64,000 bases of DNA from an uncultured delta proteobacterium (GTDB taxonomy: Bacteria; Myxococcota; Kuafuiibacteriia; Kuafuiibacteriales; Kuafuiibacteriaceae), in assembly GCA_963803435.1 (NCBI GenBank), contig CAWDML010000008.1:704001-768000 (forward strand). Direction: 5' to 3'. A model generated the notes under the pieces. The model ran no database searches. It worked only from the letters and a program-made list of their open reading frames with translations, and was not told the DNA's origin. A program made the translations under genes and the position numbers. Of the stretch, positions 22,532-33,583 are shown one piece after another. The stretch's first letter is position 1, and each line of letters starts with the position of its first letter.

Positions 22532-23559
22532 GTCGCCGCGATCCCCCGCGCTGGATCGACGACGCCACGCGCGACGGCCCGATCCGCGATCTGCTCGAGA
22601 GCGCGGACGGACCCGCGGCACGACTGAGTGCGCAGGCGACCGCTCAGATCCGCGCGAGGCTACGGCGCGCCCAGCGCGAGCGGGCGCCCAACCGCCGTCT
22701 GGCCTTCGCCGTCGCGGCGGCCACGATGGCGCTCGCCGGGATCGCGGTCGCCGCCCGGCTCGGTGAGTGGTGGCATGCCCCGAGCACGCCGTCGCTCGTC
22801 GCGCCCAGGAAGGACGAGCCCGTGGAGCCGCTGAGGGTCGAGCCGCCGCCGCCCGCCGGGCCCGCGATCGAGGTGGTCGCACCGCCCGAGGTGAAGGCCC
22901 CGATCGCGCGCTCGAGACGACGCGCGCAGCCGCGACCGATCGCCCGCGAGGACCGACCGGCGGCGCCGGCACGCGTCGATCCACCCCCGCCGCCGTCTCC
23001 GGCTCCCGCGCCGCCGATCGAGCGCGCGGCCGCGCCCCTCCCGCCCGCTCTGGACCCCGGGCTCGCGCTTCGGGCCGAGTCGGCGATCGTGGCCGCGGCC
23101 CTGAAGGCGCTCCACCAGGAGCACGATCCCGCACGGGCGCTCGAGCTGCTCGACGACCACCGCGCCCGCTTTCCTTCGGGTGAGCTGAGCGCGGAGGCGA
23201 CGCTGGCCCGAACGGAGGCCCTGCTCACCCTCCGCGATCCGAAGCGGGCGCTCGAGGTCCTGGACGCGCTCGAGATCGATGCCATGCCTCGGCGGGACGA
23301 GCTCCTGGTGCTCCGCGGCGAGCTTCGGGCGCACGAGCAGCGCTGCGCCGACGCGATCGGAGACTTCGGTCGTGCCCTCGGTGCACGCCTCCCTCGAGAG
23401 ATGGAGGAGCGTGCGCTGTTCGGGCGCGCCGTCTGCCGGACCGAACAGGGCGATCGGACCGGCGCGAGGGAGGATCTCACGCACTACCTCCGCAAGTACG
23501 CGGGCGGTCGTTTTGCCGAGCGGGCTCGGGCCGCGCTGAGGTCCGGTCTGGCTGAGTAG
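22528..23559 (+). CDS. Putative anti-sigma factor (TM, Pro-rich linker, TPR-like C-terminus)
   Basis: Translationally coupled to the ECF gene; single TM; HRARFPSGEL and TPR-like helices. Confidence 0.7.
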   Translation: MSRRDPPRWIDDATRDGPIRDLLESADGPAARLSAQATAQIRARLRRAQRERAPNRRLAFAVAAATMALAGIAVAARLGEWWHAPSTPSLVAPRKDEPVEPLRVEPPPPAGPAIEVVAPPEVKAPIARSRRRAQPRPIAREDRPAAPARVDPPPPPSPAPAPPIERAAAPLPPALDPGLALRAESAIVAAALKALHQEHDPARALELLDDHRARFPSGELSAEATLARTEALLTLRDPKRALEVLDALEIDAMPRRDELLVLRGELRAHEQRCADAIGDFGRALGARLPREMEERALFGRAVCRTEQGDRTGAREDLTHYLRKYAGGRFAERARAALRSGLAE

Positions 23560-23657
23560 CCGGAGCTTCTCGGAGCGCGCAGAACCCCGCGGTCCGGGCC
23601 TCGGCGGTGATGGGTCGAGCGGGTGCAGCGGCGAGGTCCGCTTTGCCGGTTCCCCCT

Positions 23658-25079
23658 CTACGAGAGGGTGGAAGACTCCGCTTCCCCAGCGGTGACGGCG
23701 GTACCCGCGGGCGAGCTCGTGGGCAGGACGATCCGGCCGAGCCCATAGGCGAGCACGATGGCGACCCCGGAGCCGATGAGGATGCCGACCTTGGAGGTCT
23801 CGAGGTTCGTCCCCGCCGGGAAGGCGAGCGCAGCGATGAAGATCGACATGGTGAAGCCGACCCCAGCGACGACGCCGACCACGGCGACGTGCGGCCAGGT
23901 GACACCGCGCGGCAAAGCCGCGAGCCCGAGGCGGGTCGCGAGCCAGGAGAACGCCAGTACTCCGACTGGCTTACCGAGCACGAGCCCGACCCCCGCACCT
24001 AGGAACACGAGCAGCGCCTCGCCCGAGAACGAGGTATCGCCGAGAGACACGCCCGCGTTTGCCAGGGCGAACAGCGGCATCGCTCCGAAGGCCACCCAGC
24101 CATGCAGCGCGTGCTCGATGCGCTCGACGGGGGAGACCGCTTCGCGTCGCGCCGTGTTGAGGTGATCGAGGTGCGGAAGCAGCGCGTGCTCCGCTGCGTC
24201 CGCGTGCTCGCGGAGCGCCGCCACGCTCGCGTCGGCGTGCGCGAAGAACTTCTCGCGGCCGAACCACGCCCGCACCGGGGTCATCAACCCGACGGCCACC
24301 CCCGCCAGCGTGGGATGGATCCCGGCGGCGTAGGTGCCGGCCCAAACCACCGCGGCCGGAGCCACGTACGCCCACGAGCTCCGGACGCCCAGCATCTGCA
24401 TGGCGACGATCGCCACCAGACCGGCGCCGAGGACGACGAAGCCTACGGGCGCGAGACCGGAGGAGTAGAAGACCGCGATGACGACGATCGCGCCGACGTC
24501 GTCGATCACGGCCAGCGCGAGGAGAAGGATCCGCAGCGCCGGGGGCACCCGGCTCCCCAGAAGCGTCAGCACGCCCACGGCGAACGCGATGTCCGTCGCC
24601 ATCGGGATGCCCCAGCCCGCGATGGAGGCGCGACTGTAGTTGAGCGCAGCGAAGATGGCGGCCGGGATCAACATCCCGCCGAGGGCCGCCGCGAGGGGGA
24701 GAGCCGCGCGGCGCAGCTCGCTGAGCTCACCGTGGTGGATCTCGCGGCGAATCTCGAGGCCGACCACAAAGAAGAAGATCGTCATGACCCCGTCGTTGAT
24801 CCAGAAGTGCAGATCGCGCTCGAAGGAGAACGGCCCCAGCGTCAGCCCGAGGGGCACGTTCCAGAGCGCGATGTAGCTGGCCCGCCAGGGCGAGTTCGCC
24901 CAGACGAGGGCGATCGCGGCGACCGCCAGGAGAAGGATCCCGCTCGCCGCCTCGATGGCGAGGAACCTCTCGACGGGAGCGAGCGCGGTCTGCGCGAGCC
25001 AGCGAACAGGCCACCAGCTGCCCGGCGGCTCGCCGTACGGAGGCACGGTCGTCTTGTCGTGAGGCGTCGGATCAACCAT
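23658..25079 (-). CDS. nhaA: Na+/H+ antiporter NhaA
   Basis: WINDGVM, GLEIRRE, GWGIPMATDIAF, LAVIDD, GFTMSIFI. Confidence 0.95.
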   Translation of the reverse strand: MVDPTPHDKTTVPPYGEPPGSWWPVRWLAQTALAPVERFLAIEAASGILLLAVAAIALVWANSPWRASYIALWNVPLGLTLGPFSFERDLHFWINDGVMTIFFFVVGLEIRREIHHGELSELRRAALPLAAALGGMLIPAAIFAALNYSRASIAGWGIPMATDIAFAVGVLTLLGSRVPPALRILLLALAVIDDVGAIVVIAVFYSSGLAPVGFVVLGAGLVAIVAMQMLGVRSSWAYVAPAAVVWAGTYAAGIHPTLAGVAVGLMTPVRAWFGREKFFAHADASVAALREHADAAEHALLPHLDHLNTARREAVSPVERIEHALHGWVAFGAMPLFALANAGVSLGDTSFSGEALLVFLGAGVGLVLGKPVGVLAFSWLATRLGLAALPRGVTWPHVAVVGVVAGVGFTMSIFIAALAFPAGTNLETSKVGILIGSGVAIVLAYGLGRIVLPTSSPAGTAVTAGEAESSTLS

Positions 25080-25115
25080 GCGAGCCTCGCACCACTCACT
25101 CTTCAAGAGCGGTGA

Positions 25116-25166
25116 GGGCTGGCGGCCCGACCAGCCCGGAACCTGCGGTGATGTCCACCGCACCCG
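25116..25166 (-). ncRNA. nhaA-I motif riboswitch (Li+/Na+-sensing class)
   Basis: Minus strand GGGTG-CGGTG-GACAT-CACCG-CAGG-TTCCGGGCT-GGTCGGGCCGCC-AGCCC, ~37 nt upstream of the nhaA ATG; matches the nhaA-I consensus as I recall it. Confidence 0.8.
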
Positions 25167-25274
25167 TCGTGTTCCGGCAAGATAGCGGATCCTGGAGGCG
25201 ATGGCCACGACCAACCATCCGGCGATGGTGCCGTCCTCCCGACCCTGCGGTGACCCGTGAGGATCAGCGAGCGG

Positions 25275-25796
25275 TCAGACACGCCGATCGCGAGCGCGTA
25301 GTGCAGCCGACCGTTGTATGCGGGCTCGACGGGCGCTCACAGGAGGCGCTTCAAGAGCGCGTTCATCTTCCACTCGCCGCGGAGGTGCTTCCGGGCGGTG
25401 GATGACATGGCAGCGAGGAGGCGCTCGGTCGACCGTAGGGCGTTGCTGACGAGCGTGGTGGGGGCGTTGCCAAGGGGCGCCGCCTCGCGTGAGGAGCTCA
25501 TCGATCACCGGGAGAGCTCCCCGCAGGCTCGTGAGCACGCATCTCTCGGGTCGCGTCCGACCTCTCGCATGCGACCGCGTCCGGATCCCGGCGTTGGCGA
25601 GCGCGTTCGCGGTGCCCACCGAGAGCTCGAGCTCGTCGACCGGTCGCGCGGGGTGGGGGTTCAGCGACGGCTCCTCCCTTGGCGGTGGTGCGAAGGCCGC
25701 ACGGACGACCTCCTGCCGCGCGGAGCGCTCGTCGCGCCAGCGCACGAGATCGCCCTCGTCCGGCACCGGCGGCTGGCGCCCGAGCGCGTCTTTCAC
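25275..25796 (-). pseudogene. Degraded gene with a partial RNA polymerase alpha-CTD-like domain
   Basis: RPVDELELSVGTANALANAGIRT, after which similarity is lost. Confidence 0.45.
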
Positions 25797-25808
25797 GCGG
25801 ATTTGGCC

Positions 25809-26327
25809 TCAACGGCGCACGCCGGGGCGCGTAGGCACCGGGTTGCGCCGCACGATCTCGGCGTTGATCGCGCCGGCGAAGCCGACCCACGCCAGGTAGG
25901 GGAGGGCGGCCGCGGCCGCGGGTCGGTCGGCGCGCCGCGCGATGCACGTGTAGCCGAGCAGCGTCGCCGCCAGCAGGCCGAGATCGACCAGGGCCGTGCG
26001 CGGCGCGCGACGCCGGAAGAAGAGCCACGACCAGAGACCGTTGAACCCGAGCTGCGCCGCCCAGAGCACGAGCGCACCGCTGCGTGCCGGCGAGCGCGCC
26101 GCGCGCCAGACGCGCCACCCGGAGATCGCGGCCAGCGTGTAGAGGACGCCCCAGACCGGGCCGAACACCCAGCTCGGCGGCTGAAAGGGCGGCTTGTCGA
26201 GCGAGCGGTACCAGGCGCTCCGGTCGGGATCTCCGGTGGCGGCGCGGGCGGCGAGGGCGACTCCGAGCGTGGCCGCACCGAACGCTGCGAGCGCGGCGGT
26301 GGCTCCGGTCGGGGATGATCGTTGCAT
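25809..26327 (-). CDS. tspO: TspO/MBR family tryptophan-rich sensory protein
   Basis: WYRSLDKPPFQPPSWVFGPVW, LPYLAWVGFA. Confidence 0.92.
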   Translation of the reverse strand: MQRSSPTGATAALAAFGAATLGVALAARAATGDPDRSAWYRSLDKPPFQPPSWVFGPVWGVLYTLAAISGWRVWRAARSPARSGALVLWAAQLGFNGLWSWLFFRRRAPRTALVDLGLLAATLLGYTCIARRADRPAAAAALPYLAWVGFAGAINAEIVRRNPVPTRPGVRR

Positions 26328-26367
26328 GCCGATTCGGCACGCACGTTCCGTTCCAGCGCTGCGGCGG

Positions 26368-26868
26368 TCAGCGCGCGCGTGCGAGCTGATCGACGGCCCG
26401 CAGGAGCGTCGGCATCCGCGACTCTCCGTGCATCGAGGCCACCCGCCCCGCCGCGGCCTTCGGGTCGTCCGTGGCGCTCACCCACAGCGGGCGCCGCGAG
26501 GTGCCGCGCAACAGCGGGACCGCCTCGGCGCCGCGGAACTCGCTCTTCGCCACGCCGACGATCGAGCAGCCGCCCTCCAGGGCGTCGAACAGGTGACGGC
26601 CGAGGCCGGGATGCCCGCCGCCGAGGTCGACGTAGCCGTCGACGATGATCGCGGCGAGCGCTCGCTCGCTCCGGACCTCCGCGATCAGCGGCAGGATGCA
26701 GGGGAGCTCCCGCTCGAAGAAGGCGCCCGGCCGGTAGGGACGGAGGCCGCCGTGTGTGCGGGTCAGCTCGAGCTCGGCGGTCGCGGCGGTCCAGTCCGCG
26801 AAGAGGAGGCCGGCGACCCGCGCGAGATCCTCCTCCTCGTGATAGCAGACGTCGACGGCGAGGAGCAT
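26368..26868 (-). CDS. Endonuclease V-like protein
   Basis: AVDVCY, YRPGAFFERELP, VDGYV, PGLGRHL, VGVAK, RGTSRRPL, RMPTLL..VD. Confidence 0.85.
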   Translation of the reverse strand: MLLAVDVCYHEEEDLARVAGLLFADWTAATAELELTRTHGGLRPYRPGAFFERELPCILPLIAEVRSERALAAIIVDGYVDLGGGHPGLGRHLFDALEGGCSIVGVAKSEFRGAEAVPLLRGTSRRPLWVSATDDPKAAAGRVASMHGESRMPTLLRAVDQLARAR

Positions 26869-27581
26869 CACCCGGCCCAGGGGAGCGAGTCGCTGTCGAG
26901 ATCCTCGAACCAGATCCACCCGACCAGGCCGCTCGACGACCTGATCAGGAACGCGTCGCAGCTCGCGAAGGGCGAGTCCTCCTGCTTCTTGCAAGCCGAC
27001 TTGCGCGGCAGGTAGCCGATGATGTCGACCGGCTTGCCGGGCGCGAGCACGCCGACCACGCCCTTGTGCTCCGGCGTGCGGAAGAGCTTCGGGCTCCCCT
27101 TCGGCTTGCCGCTGCTGCCGGCGTAGAAGAACGCCTGCTCGACGCGCACGAGCTTGCCGTGGGACAGCTCCAGCTTGTCGGTGGTCTTGAAGAAGCCGAG
27201 CCACGGCTCGATCCGCACCGTGCCATTGCCGGGAAGCTCGGGCGGCGTGGGGAGCTCACCGCCGAACGCCCCCAGCAAGGAGAGCTTCCCCTTGGCATAG
27301 CCGACCACGAGGAAGTGGTGAAGGTCGCCGCCGTCCGGATCGCTCTCGATCAGGAGCTCGCGCGCGCCATCGCCGCTGTCGAGATCGATGACCGCGAAGC
27401 CGGCGACCGGATCCTCCCCGATCTCCTGCTCGAGGGTGGCGGCGCCGACGTGCACCGAGGCGCGCCGCCCCTTCTGCTCGACGGAGATCTTCTCGGGTCG
27501 ACCGTCGCCGTCGAGGTCCGCCTCAGCGGCCTTCACGTACTGGAGCTGGCTGGTGATCAGCGCGACGAACAGGAGCTGCAC
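26868..27581 (-). CDS. Hypothetical exported protein
   Basis: Hydrophobic N-terminus, DLDGDG motif; stop overlaps the next start. Confidence 0.65.
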   Translation of the reverse strand: MQLLFVALITSQLQYVKAAEADLDGDGRPEKISVEQKGRRASVHVGAATLEQEIGEDPVAGFAVIDLDSGDGARELLIESDPDGGDLHHFLVVGYAKGKLSLLGAFGGELPTPPELPGNGTVRIEPWLGFFKTTDKLELSHGKLVRVEQAFFYAGSSGKPKGSPKLFRTPEHKGVVGVLAPGKPVDIIGYLPRKSACKKQEDSPFASCDAFLIRSSSGLVGWIWFEDLDSDSLPWAG

Positions 27582-27631
27582 AGGGCGCGCAGCTTACTAC
27601 GAGCCCGGCCCCGCTTCCCCTGGGATCGTGG

Positions 27632-28165
27632 TCACGATTCTTCGCTACGTTGTGGCCGATAACGATCCCGGCGCCGGCGGCGGCCTCGAGCGCGCTCCAG
27701 AGACGCTTCACGGCTTTGGCCCGCCTCGACCGGCGTGATCACCATGCTCACCGCACACAGCGTCTTTCCAGGGCCATGGCGCGATCCGAGGAGCGGTCGT
27801 CGATCGCTTGGAGGTGCGCGCTCACCTGCCGGAGCTGCTTCGCGTCGAGCCAGCCCTTCGCCCGCGAGACCCACAGGTTGCGGTTCGGTGGGCGGGCCTT
27901 GGCGTTCTCGAGCTGCGTTCCGCGGGCGAAGTCGCGCTCTGCAGCGCGGAGGAGCGCGCGGGCGATCCGTCGTGATGCGCGCCGGCCCTCCTTCGAGCGG
28001 AGATCATAGTCCACCACCAACCGCTGTCCCGCCGCGGTGTAGCGCGCTTCGACCCGGCCGCTCTCGGGTGCCGACTTGCGCGTCACCAGCCCCGCGCGTC
28101 CGAGGAGCTGGAGGTGGTCGTACAGCGCCGACACCCGCATCCCCATCTGGAGCGCGACGACTGAG
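27632..28165 (-). pseudogene. Winged-HTH (ArsR-like) regulator, 5'-truncated and frameshifted
   Basis: SALYDHLQLLGRAGLV...EARY; probable frame change near 27775. Confidence 0.5.
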
Positions 28166-28211
28166 TGTTTGGAGGGCAGCCTTCGATCGCGCCGAGTGCT
28201 AGACAAGGACT

Positions 28212-28586
28212 ATGATCAACGCATCCTGTCACTGCGGCGCGGTCCGGTTCGAGATCGCGGAGCCACCCGAGATGCTCACCCTGTGCAACTGCTCCATCTG
28301 CCGTCGCATCGCAGGCCTGTGGGCGTACTACCGGCCGGAGCAGGTCAAGCTGGTGTCGCCCCCGGGAGCCACGCTCGCATATGTATGGGGCGATCGGTTT
28401 CTCGAGCTGCACACCTGCCGAACGTGCGGATGCACCACGCACTCGGAGCGCATCGAAAAGGAGGGCGCAGAGCGGATGGGCGTGAACGCGCGGATGATGG
28501 ACCCCTCGGTGATCGCAGGTTTGCGCGTGCGCCATCTCGACGGAGCGGACACTTGGGAGGTCCTCGCCTGGAGCGTCCACGGTTGA
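28212..28586 (+). CDS. GFA (CENP-V) family protein
   Basis: CHCGAV, CNCSICRR, CRTCG, GVNAR. Confidence 0.9.
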   Translation: MINASCHCGAVRFEIAEPPEMLTLCNCSICRRIAGLWAYYRPEQVKLVSPPGATLAYVWGDRFLELHTCRTCGCTTHSERIEKEGAERMGVNARMMDPSVIAGLRVRHLDGADTWEVLAWSVHG

Positions 28587-29096
28587 CTCCGCGCACCACG
28601 CCGCCGCCGCGCGAGATCTTCCGGCGCTCATCGTCGTAGCTCATCGCCATCCACCGGCGGCTCCATTTCGGTTACGGGATCTCAACGCCAACACCGGCCC
28701 CATCGACATCGTGTCTCATGATCCGGCGACGCAAACCTGGGCCCAACATCTCACCGTGCAGACGGAGAGCATCGAGCGTTTCGTGGTGATCGGCGACGAG
28801 CTGTGGGCCCCCGGGTCCGACGCCCGCGGCCCCGAGGCCACGGGCTGCGAGTATGCCAGCGGCAACGCCAGCCACGAGTGGACGATCCGAACCAGCTCTT
28901 CGGCTCCGCGCACCTCTGCCTCGGCTACGTGCAGGGCTCGACGCGCCCCGAGCAGCGGCTGCGCCACCAGAGCGACTGGGCGAAGTTCATCATCGTCTTC
29001 CCGAACTCCACCGGCCGCGGCGGGATCCAGCTCAGGCACCTTCAACACGAACCAGAAGGGGCTCGACGGCATGGGCGGCCGCCACTTGGACTCGAG

Positions 29097-30170
29097 CTAC
29101 CGCGTGCTGCCGCCGGTCGAGGTGGAGCGCTGATCGCTCGACTCCTCCGCGCAGGGCCCGAGCCGCGCGCGGAGCAGCTCCAGCGGCATCGCCAGCTCGA
29201 TCGAGAAGGAGCCACCCTCGGGGCGGACCGAAGCGGTCTCGAGGAGCTCGGAGAGATCCTCGTCGCCCTCGGCGCGAGCGCGGATGCGCGCGACCGCGAG
29301 CGCGCCGCCGATCATCAGGCCCAGGTCCTCGAGCCCCCGGGTGTCCTCGCCGCGAACCTCCGCCACCAGCGCGACGTCCGAGCTGGCGTCGACGTGCAGC
29401 TCGATGTCCTTCGCCACCGCCGTCAGCTTCTCCTCGAGGCCCTCGGTGTCGGGGAGGACGCGCGCGAGGAGCTCGGGCGTGACGTGGCCGTACGCCTCGC
29501 CGTAGCTCTCCGACTCGTCGACCGGAGGCTCGACGGCCGGGCCGCGCGACTCGAGGCGATCGATCGCCGCCTGCACGCCGGCCTCGTCGGGGGCCATGAT
29601 CAGGAGCTCGTCGTTCCAGCGGCCGATGACCTCGCCTCCTCCGCTCGTGTGGATCGCGCCGTGGTCTCCGTACGGCGACGCAGGGCCGAGCAGGCTGGTG
29701 TCGAGCTTGTCGAAGTAGCCCGAGATGATCGTCGTTCGATCGGGACCGACGGCGATGCGATCGACGTCCTCCAGCGGATCGATCCCGGTCTCGCGAACGA
29801 CCTCCTCGAGATCGTTCTTCTGCATCTCGTTCATGCAGCGGAGCAGCATCTCGGCCGCCGGGCTGTGACGGATCGCGTTCGCCTCGATCACCATCGCGCC
29901 GGTGCCCGGCTGCATGGGTGGCAGCGCGCGGAGGACCGGATCGAGCACCGCCGGTGTCGGCGGCTGATCGGGCGAAGAGGGGGGAGGCGGCGGCAGCAGG
30001 GTCCGCCGGCGGTCGCGCCGCTGGATCTCCACAGCCTGCGGGTGGCGAGGGAAGTGGACCTCCTGGCCCCTCGGCTTGGGACCGGTGTCGAGCTCCTCGC
30101 CGGTTCGCATCAACCAGGCGGCGAGGAGAAGGAGCAGGCCTGCGGTCAGGAGCCAACGTGCGCGCTTCAT
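29097..30170 (-). CDS. Hypothetical membrane-anchored protein
   Basis: N-terminal TM and Pro-rich linker; coupled to the ABC genes. Confidence 0.7.
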   Translation of the reverse strand: MKRARWLLTAGLLLLLAAWLMRTGEELDTGPKPRGQEVHFPRHPQAVEIQRRDRRRTLLPPPPPSSPDQPPTPAVLDPVLRALPPMQPGTGAMVIEANAIRHSPAAEMLLRCMNEMQKNDLEEVVRETGIDPLEDVDRIAVGPDRTTIISGYFDKLDTSLLGPASPYGDHGAIHTSGGGEVIGRWNDELLIMAPDEAGVQAAIDRLESRGPAVEPPVDESESYGEAYGHVTPELLARVLPDTEGLEEKLTAVAKDIELHVDASSDVALVAEVRGEDTRGLEDLGLMIGGALAVARIRARAEGDEDLSELLETASVRPEGGSFSIELAMPLELLRARLGPCAEESSDQRSTSTGGSTR

Positions 30171-31003
30171 CAGTAGTCCGCCTGTTCGAAACGCCAGGTC
30201 CCCAGCGCGACCATCCCCAGTCCGAACACCACCATGCCCGCCATCCGCCTGGCCAGCTCCGCCGGGTTGATCGGGCCGGAGCCTGCGATCTCCATCGCGA
30301 GCTCGCCGACGGTGGAGACGGGCGGGAGGCAGATCGACAGCAGCTCGAAGAGGATCCGCGAGGTCTCCGAGGAGAACGACGGTGCGATCTCGTAGCGGTA
30401 GCTGGCGACGATGCCGGCGACGTAGAGCGCCAGACCGACGGAGCCGGAGACCGCGGCGCTCCGGGCGAAGACGGAGGCTGCGAGCATCGCGCCGTAGATC
30501 GCGGCGAAGGTGAGCGATCCGAGCAGGCCGGCGTAGAGGAGCTGCGGGGCATAGACGCCGGTCTTGACGCCGAGCACCAGGACCACGCCGCCGGCGGCGT
30601 AGAGCGCAGCGACCACGCCGATCCCCACCACGCCGGCGTAGGTGCCGATCAGCAGGGAGGCGCGCCGGACCGGGAGCGAGAGCAGGTGCTCGATCCGACC
30701 GGGCGCGAGCAGGTTGGGGCCGAAGTCGGCGCAGGCGAGCACGCCGAAGATCAGGCCGCAGTAGAAGATCACTGCGGCCGCGCCGCGGAAGAGCGGGCGG
30801 AGGGCCACGTCGACGGCCTGGATCTCCATGCGCTCCTGGCGGCCGAAGAAGCGGACCGCCGCCAGCGCGCCGTCGACGACCTGGAGCTCGAGCGTGAAGG
30901 CGAGCGTGATCAGGAGCAGCGCGATCACCACCGCCAGCGCGAGCAGCCAGCGGCGCGATGCGGCCTCCTGGAGCACATCGAGCGCGACGTAGACCGCGCT
31001 CAT
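30170..31003 (-). CDS. ABC-2 type transporter permease
   Basis: Multiple TMs; GRIEHLLSLPVRR motif. Confidence 0.85.
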   Translation of the reverse strand: MSAVYVALDVLQEAASRRWLLALAVVIALLLITLAFTLELQVVDGALAAVRFFGRQERMEIQAVDVALRPLFRGAAAVIFYCGLIFGVLACADFGPNLLAPGRIEHLLSLPVRRASLLIGTYAGVVGIGVVAALYAAGGVVLVLGVKTGVYAPQLLYAGLLGSLTFAAIYGAMLAASVFARSAAVSGSVGLALYVAGIVASYRYEIAPSFSSETSRILFELLSICLPPVSTVGELAMEIAGSGPINPAELARRMAGMVVFGLGMVALGTWRFEQADY

Positions 31004-31903
31004 CCGCCGACCTCGGCCCGGAGCAGATCCTCGAGGCTCCGGGTCTCGCGGCCGAGGCGGATCAGGAGGGCGCCGCCGGCGCGGGCGCGATCGAGCGCCG
31101 CGTTGAGCTCGGCCTCCCCCTCGGCCTCGAGCGTGAACGCGCCCGGCTCGGAGCCGGCGGTGAAGCCGGCCGCCAGGATCGGCGCCGGATCGCCGGCGCT
31201 GAAGAGGGCGCGCCAGCGGTTCTTCGTGATCGCGAGCGCCTCGATCAGGCCCTCCTTGATCAGGCGTCCGCCGTGGAGGATGCCGACGCGATCGCAGATC
31301 CGCTCCGTCTCCGAGAGCAGGTGCGAGTTGAGGAACAGCGTGGCGCCGCGGGCCCGCTCCTCCTTGAGCAGATCGCGGATGGCGGCGCGGCCGATCGGAT
31401 CGACACCGTCGGTCGGCTCGTCGAGCACGAGCAGCTCCGGCTCGCCGAGGAGCGCGGCGGCGAGGCCGAGGCGCTGCTTCATCCCCTTGGAGAAGGTCCT
31501 GATCTTCACGTTCCGCTCCGCCTCGAGCCCGACGCGCGCGAGCTGGCGCTCCAGCGCACGCGCCGTCAGCGGGACGCGCTTGAGGCGCGCGATGCTCCGG
31601 AGGAACGCGGCCGCCGACCATGCCGGCGGGAGCGCGAGATGCTCGGGGAGATAGCCCATGCGACGGCGGATTCCGCACCTCCTCGGGCGCGCCGCCGAGC
31701 ACCCGGATGCGGCCCTCGCTGGGACGCACCACGTCGAGCATCGTCTTGATGAAGGTGGTCTTGCCGGCGCCGTTGAGGCCGATGAGCCCGAAGCTGGCGC
31801 CGGCCGGGAGGGCGAGGTCGACGCCCGCGAGCGCGCGTCGCCCGGGACGGCCGAGGCCGGCGGAGTAGACCTTCCCGATGCCGGCGGCCTCGAGCGCGAG
31901 CAC
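31000..31903 (-). CDS. ABC transporter ATP-binding protein, frameshifted at ~31671
   Basis: GLNGAGKTT in one frame; GYLPE, FSKGMKQR, VLDEPT, NSHLL in another. Confidence 0.85.
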
Positions 31904-32028
31904 CGGCCGATGCTACCGCGGCTTCGGGCTCGATTGCTCCCGCGGTCGCCGTCCCGCACCTTTGGCCGCGCGTTCTCCCCGCGAGGTATGCTCGGCAGAG
32001 CGGCTCGCCGCCGGGAGGAGATGTATGC

Positions 32029-32434
32029 CATGGGTTGGGTACGGAGACGGACGAGCGCCTGGCTGGTGCTCACGCTGGCTGCGTGCTCGGTGTCGGCCGT
32101 GAGCACGTCCGAGTACCAGCCGATCGAGGATGCCTCGACCTTCAAGAGCCACGTGGGCGAGAAGGTCCAGATCGAGGGGAGCTGCGCTTCGACCATCGCG
32201 CAGCACCTGGTGGGCGGTTTCGAGTCACATCCGTACTCGACGTACTTCGACGTGGGGCGTCGGCAGATCGTGATCTACTCGAAGACCGCGGCTCCCGAGC
32301 GGGGACGGCACCGCGTGTATGGCACCGTGGTCGAGGTTCGCGGGCCGCCGAAACGCCCGGGACAGCCGCCGTCGAAGGCGGACGACAACCAAGCGGAGTA
32401 CCACCTCCTCGCGGATCGCTGGGAAGCGCTCTGA
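32029..32434 (+). CDS. Hypothetical lipoprotein (OB-fold-like)
   Basis: LAAC lipobox; start codon uncertain. Confidence 0.55.
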
Positions 32435-32625
32435 TCGCTAGCCGAAGCGCGCTGTCGATCGGCGGGTTGTTCGCGACCGTGATCCAGCTGTCGCCGCGGT
32501 AGTGGAGACCGGCCTCCGCGAGCAGGGCGCCGAGCGAGCGATCGAGCGTCCCTGTCCGAGGATGGCGACGCGCACGATGCGCCGGATGGTGCCCAAGCGG
32601 TCTCGCGCTTGCAGCGGATCCCGAC

Positions 32626-33512
32626 ATGGTTCGACCAACGACGAAAGATCCACGCAAGCGCGAGCCGAAGCCTCCCTTTCCTCCGCAGATGCAGCCGCAC
32701 CCCGGGCACGAGCACGAGATGAGGCCACCTCCCGACTACGGCGAGGAGTCGTATCAGGGCCACGGCCGGCTCCAGGGGAAGGCCGCGCTGATCACGGGCG
32801 GTGACAGCGGCATCGGGCGCGCGGTGGCGCTCGCGTTCGCGCGGGAGGGCGCCGACGTCGGCATTGGCTATTTCGTCGCGGACCGTGACGCGCGGGAGAC
32901 GGTCGACCTGATCGAGCGGGAGGGGCGTAAGACGTTCGCGTTCAAGGGGGACATCTCGCGCCGCGAGAACTGTCGTGAGCTGATCGGACGGGCGGTCGAA
33001 GAGCTCGGACACCTCGAGATCCTCGTCAACAATGCAGGGTACCAGGGGAAGGTGGTCGAGACGATCGAGGAGATCTCGGAGGAGCGGCTCGAGCACACGT
33101 TCCGGACGAACATCCTATCGATGTTCATGCTGGTGCAAGCGGCCTTGCCGCACCTTCTACCGGGCAGCGCGATCATCAACGTAGCCTCGATCCAGGCCTA
33201 CCACCCGAGCCCATCCATCCTCGACTACGCCTCGACCAAGGGTGCGATCGTGACGTTCACGAAGGGGCTGGCGGAGGAGCTCACCCCCCGCGGCATACGG
33301 GTGAACGCCGTCGCACCGGGCGCGGTCTGGACCCCGCTGGTGGTGCAGTCGTTCGACGAGGAGAAGGTGAAGAGCTTCGGGCGGAACAACCTGCTGGGGC
33401 GTCCTGCGCAGCCGGTCGAGCTGTCTCCGGCGTTCGTGTTCCTCGCCTCGGACGAGGCGAGCTTCGTGACGGGCGAGATCCTCGGCGTCACGGGGGGCGG
33501 ATCCTGCCGTAG
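32626..33512 (+). CDS. SDR oxidoreductase (YghA/general stress protein-like)
   Basis: TGGDSGIG, NNAG, YASTK, GRPAQP. One extra G in the G6 run at ~33492 gives the terminus VTGGRILP*. Confidence 0.9.
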
Positions 33513-33583
33513 AGCCGGTCCAGAAACCGTTCCGTTCGCAGTTTGCTGTTTCGTCGTTCTGTCATTCGCTGTTCGATCCGGCG

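Noticed and set aside
28711-29133. Plus-strand ORF pieces
   Set aside because: Coding-like stretches switch frames and match no family I recognise
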